This document shows positions 62,173 to 64,000 of a DNA stretch of 64,000 nt, piece by piece (within the stretch, counting starts at the first letter, position 1; each line of letters starts with the position of its first letter). The stretch is taken from NCBI RefSeq assembly GCF_009914755.1, contig NC_060929.1. One strand, given 5' to 3'. This DNA comes from the human T2T-CHM13v2.0 reference genome, Homo sapiens. The notes below the pieces were generated by a model that did not search any database, was not told the origin of the DNA, and saw only the letters and a program-made list of their open reading frames with translations. A program made the position numbers and the translations under genes.

Positions 62173-62530
62173 TGGAATAAAGGGGAGTCTGTGCAGTCAT
62201 TAATAAAACTTGCTGGACACATATTCACAACTTTGACAAGTTAAGCTTAACAATCAAAGGATTTGCAAGTAAGCTACCTCATTGCATAGATATAACCATG
62301 GCACTAACCCCACCTATATCTGGTCAACTATAAAAAAAAAGTCTTCCCATGTCTCACCTAGTTTTTTCCTCTCCTAGGACCTTTTGATAGCTATTTTGTT
62401 GTTACTAAATTTGGGCCCCTTGCTTGTTTAACCTCTTAGTAAAATCTGTGTCTTTTAGGCTACAGTAGTTCCAGGTAAAGACAATCCTGGTACAAGTCTT
62501 CCAACCCATCCCATCTACTGACTTGGAGAA
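62173..62530 (+). pseudogene. env: Retroviral env transmembrane-subunit remnant
   Basis: Manual translation gives E*RGVCAVINKTCWTHI (degenerate CX6CC), then across frameshifts LHRYNHGTNPTYIWSTIK, FPLLGP, IAILLLL and CLFNLLVKSVSFRLQ, a gamma-type TM. Confidence 0.85.
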
Positions 62531-62708
62531 TAAATGTATCCTGCTTCTGAGCCCTTTATATCAGGTATCCAGAGATTTTTACTTCTCCAGTGCTAGGCAG
62601 GGTCTATGCCCATAAGCTCAGCAGAAAGCAGTTACAGAAGACAGACCTCCACCCTTTAATAGACCCCCCCTAAGTTTGAGGAGGAATATCTAATCTCTAA
62701 CAGTGGAA

Positions 62709-63187
62709 TTATATGGGAGGTGGGACTCAACTCCAGAGGTGGGGCTCAGATACTGGACCAAACTGAAGACTAGCTAAAACAGGTCTGGGGCAGAAGCAGT
62801 TTTCCATAAGACACATCCACCAGTGTGCCATGTCAGTTTACCATTGTCATGGCAATGGTTACTGCCCCTTTCCATGGCAATGACATGATGACCCAAAAGT
62901 TACTACCCCTTCCATGGAGATTGCTGCATAAACTGCCCCTTAATCTACATATTATTAAAAGTGGCTATAAATGTCACTGCAAAACGGCCCTGAGCTTCTA
63001 CTCTCTGCCTGTGGGTTAGCACTGTTCTGCAGGAGCAGTCACGGAGCTGTAACCGTAGGAACTGTAACAATACTGCTTTAATAAAGCTGATTCTTCTCCC
63101 TCCAGCTTGTCCTTGAATTCTTTCCTGGGCAAAACCAAGAACATTCATGGCCTAAGGCCCACTTTGGGGATCGCCTGCCCCATATCA
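62709..63187 (+). repeat. 3' LTR of ERV1 provirus
   Basis: Homologous to the 5' LTR; preceded by a decayed polypurine tract; ends CATATCA. Confidence 0.9.
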
Positions 63188-64000
63188 GCTTGATCTTCTT
63201 TGTAGACCACTCAAACTTTTTCCAAACGAGCAATAATACTATTTCACTTTCTTGTCATTCATGTGTTCACTGGAGTAGCATTTTTAATATACTTCAATAA
63301 CGTTTTCTTTGCATTCACACATGGCTAACTGGCATCAGGAACCTAGCTTTTGGCCTATCTCATTTTTTGACATGCCTTCTTCACTAAGCTTTATCGTTTC
63401 TAACTTTTGATTTAAAGCGAGAGATGTGTGACTCTCTTTTCACTTGAACACTTAGAGGCTGTTGGATAATCTTTAATTGGCCTAATTTCAGTACTGTTGT
63501 GTCTCCAGGAATATGGTGGCCAGATTACAGGGAGAGAGGTGGGGCAATGTCTAGCCATTAGAGCAGTCAGAACACATTTATCTATTAAGTTATTCGTCTT
63601 ATATGGTCGCGGTTCATGGCACCTCTAAACAATTACTAGAGTACCATCAGAGATCACTAATCATAGATCACCATAACAGTTATAATAATAAAGTTTGAAA
63701 TATTTGAGTATTAACAAAATATGACCCAGATATGAAGTGAGTACATGCTGTTAGAAAAATGACACTGATAGACTTGCTTGACATAGGGTTGCCATAAGCA
63801 TTCAATTTGTAAAAAAGAAATGCATTATCTGTGAAGTGCTATTAAATGAGTTATGCCTCTATACTATAATTTTGCAGCATGCCAGTATAAGGGGAAGCTA
63901 GTGAAGTGTATTTGTGAAACTTTTCTTTAAGTGTAAAATTATTTCAAAATTTATAAAGAGATCAACTAATGATGGAGATTAATTTCAAGTCCACTAAATC

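Larger units (their letters stand above)
57530..63187 (+). mobile_element. Defective ERV1 provirus (MER41-like LTRs, MER4 group)
   Basis: Two homologous LTRs (57530-58024, 62709-63187); TGG PBS start at 58028; leader sequence; env TM remnant; 4-bp TSD GTTT/GCTT inside Tigger1. Confidence 0.85.

Overview
Simian primate (human-like) genomic DNA: AT-rich, CpG-depleted and, by eye, roughly 70% decayed interspersed repeats (L1, Alu/FLAM, MIR, L2, MaLR/ERVL/ERV1 LTRs, Tc1-mariner and hAT DNA transposons). I see no intact protein-coding gene, RNA gene, CpG island or CRISPR array. The ORFs I could assign are broken L1, Tigger1 or THE1 frames, or Alu, LTR and low-complexity artefacts. The interest lies in the fossil architecture: (i) a TSD-flanked L1 3' transduction at 5.1-5.9 kb; (ii) a nested L1 cluster at 11.7-28.3 kb, with a twin-priming inversion and a deletion fusing two oppositely oriented L1s; (iii) an L1MC > Tigger1 > ERV1 provirus > MST/THE1 nest at 54-64 kb, where the THE1 has discordant LTRs, no TSD and two templated inverted insertions, and sits where gag-pol-env is missing. 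Subfamily names come from remembered consensus sequences and need RepeatMasker/Dfam confirmation. I found no convincing novel biological system.
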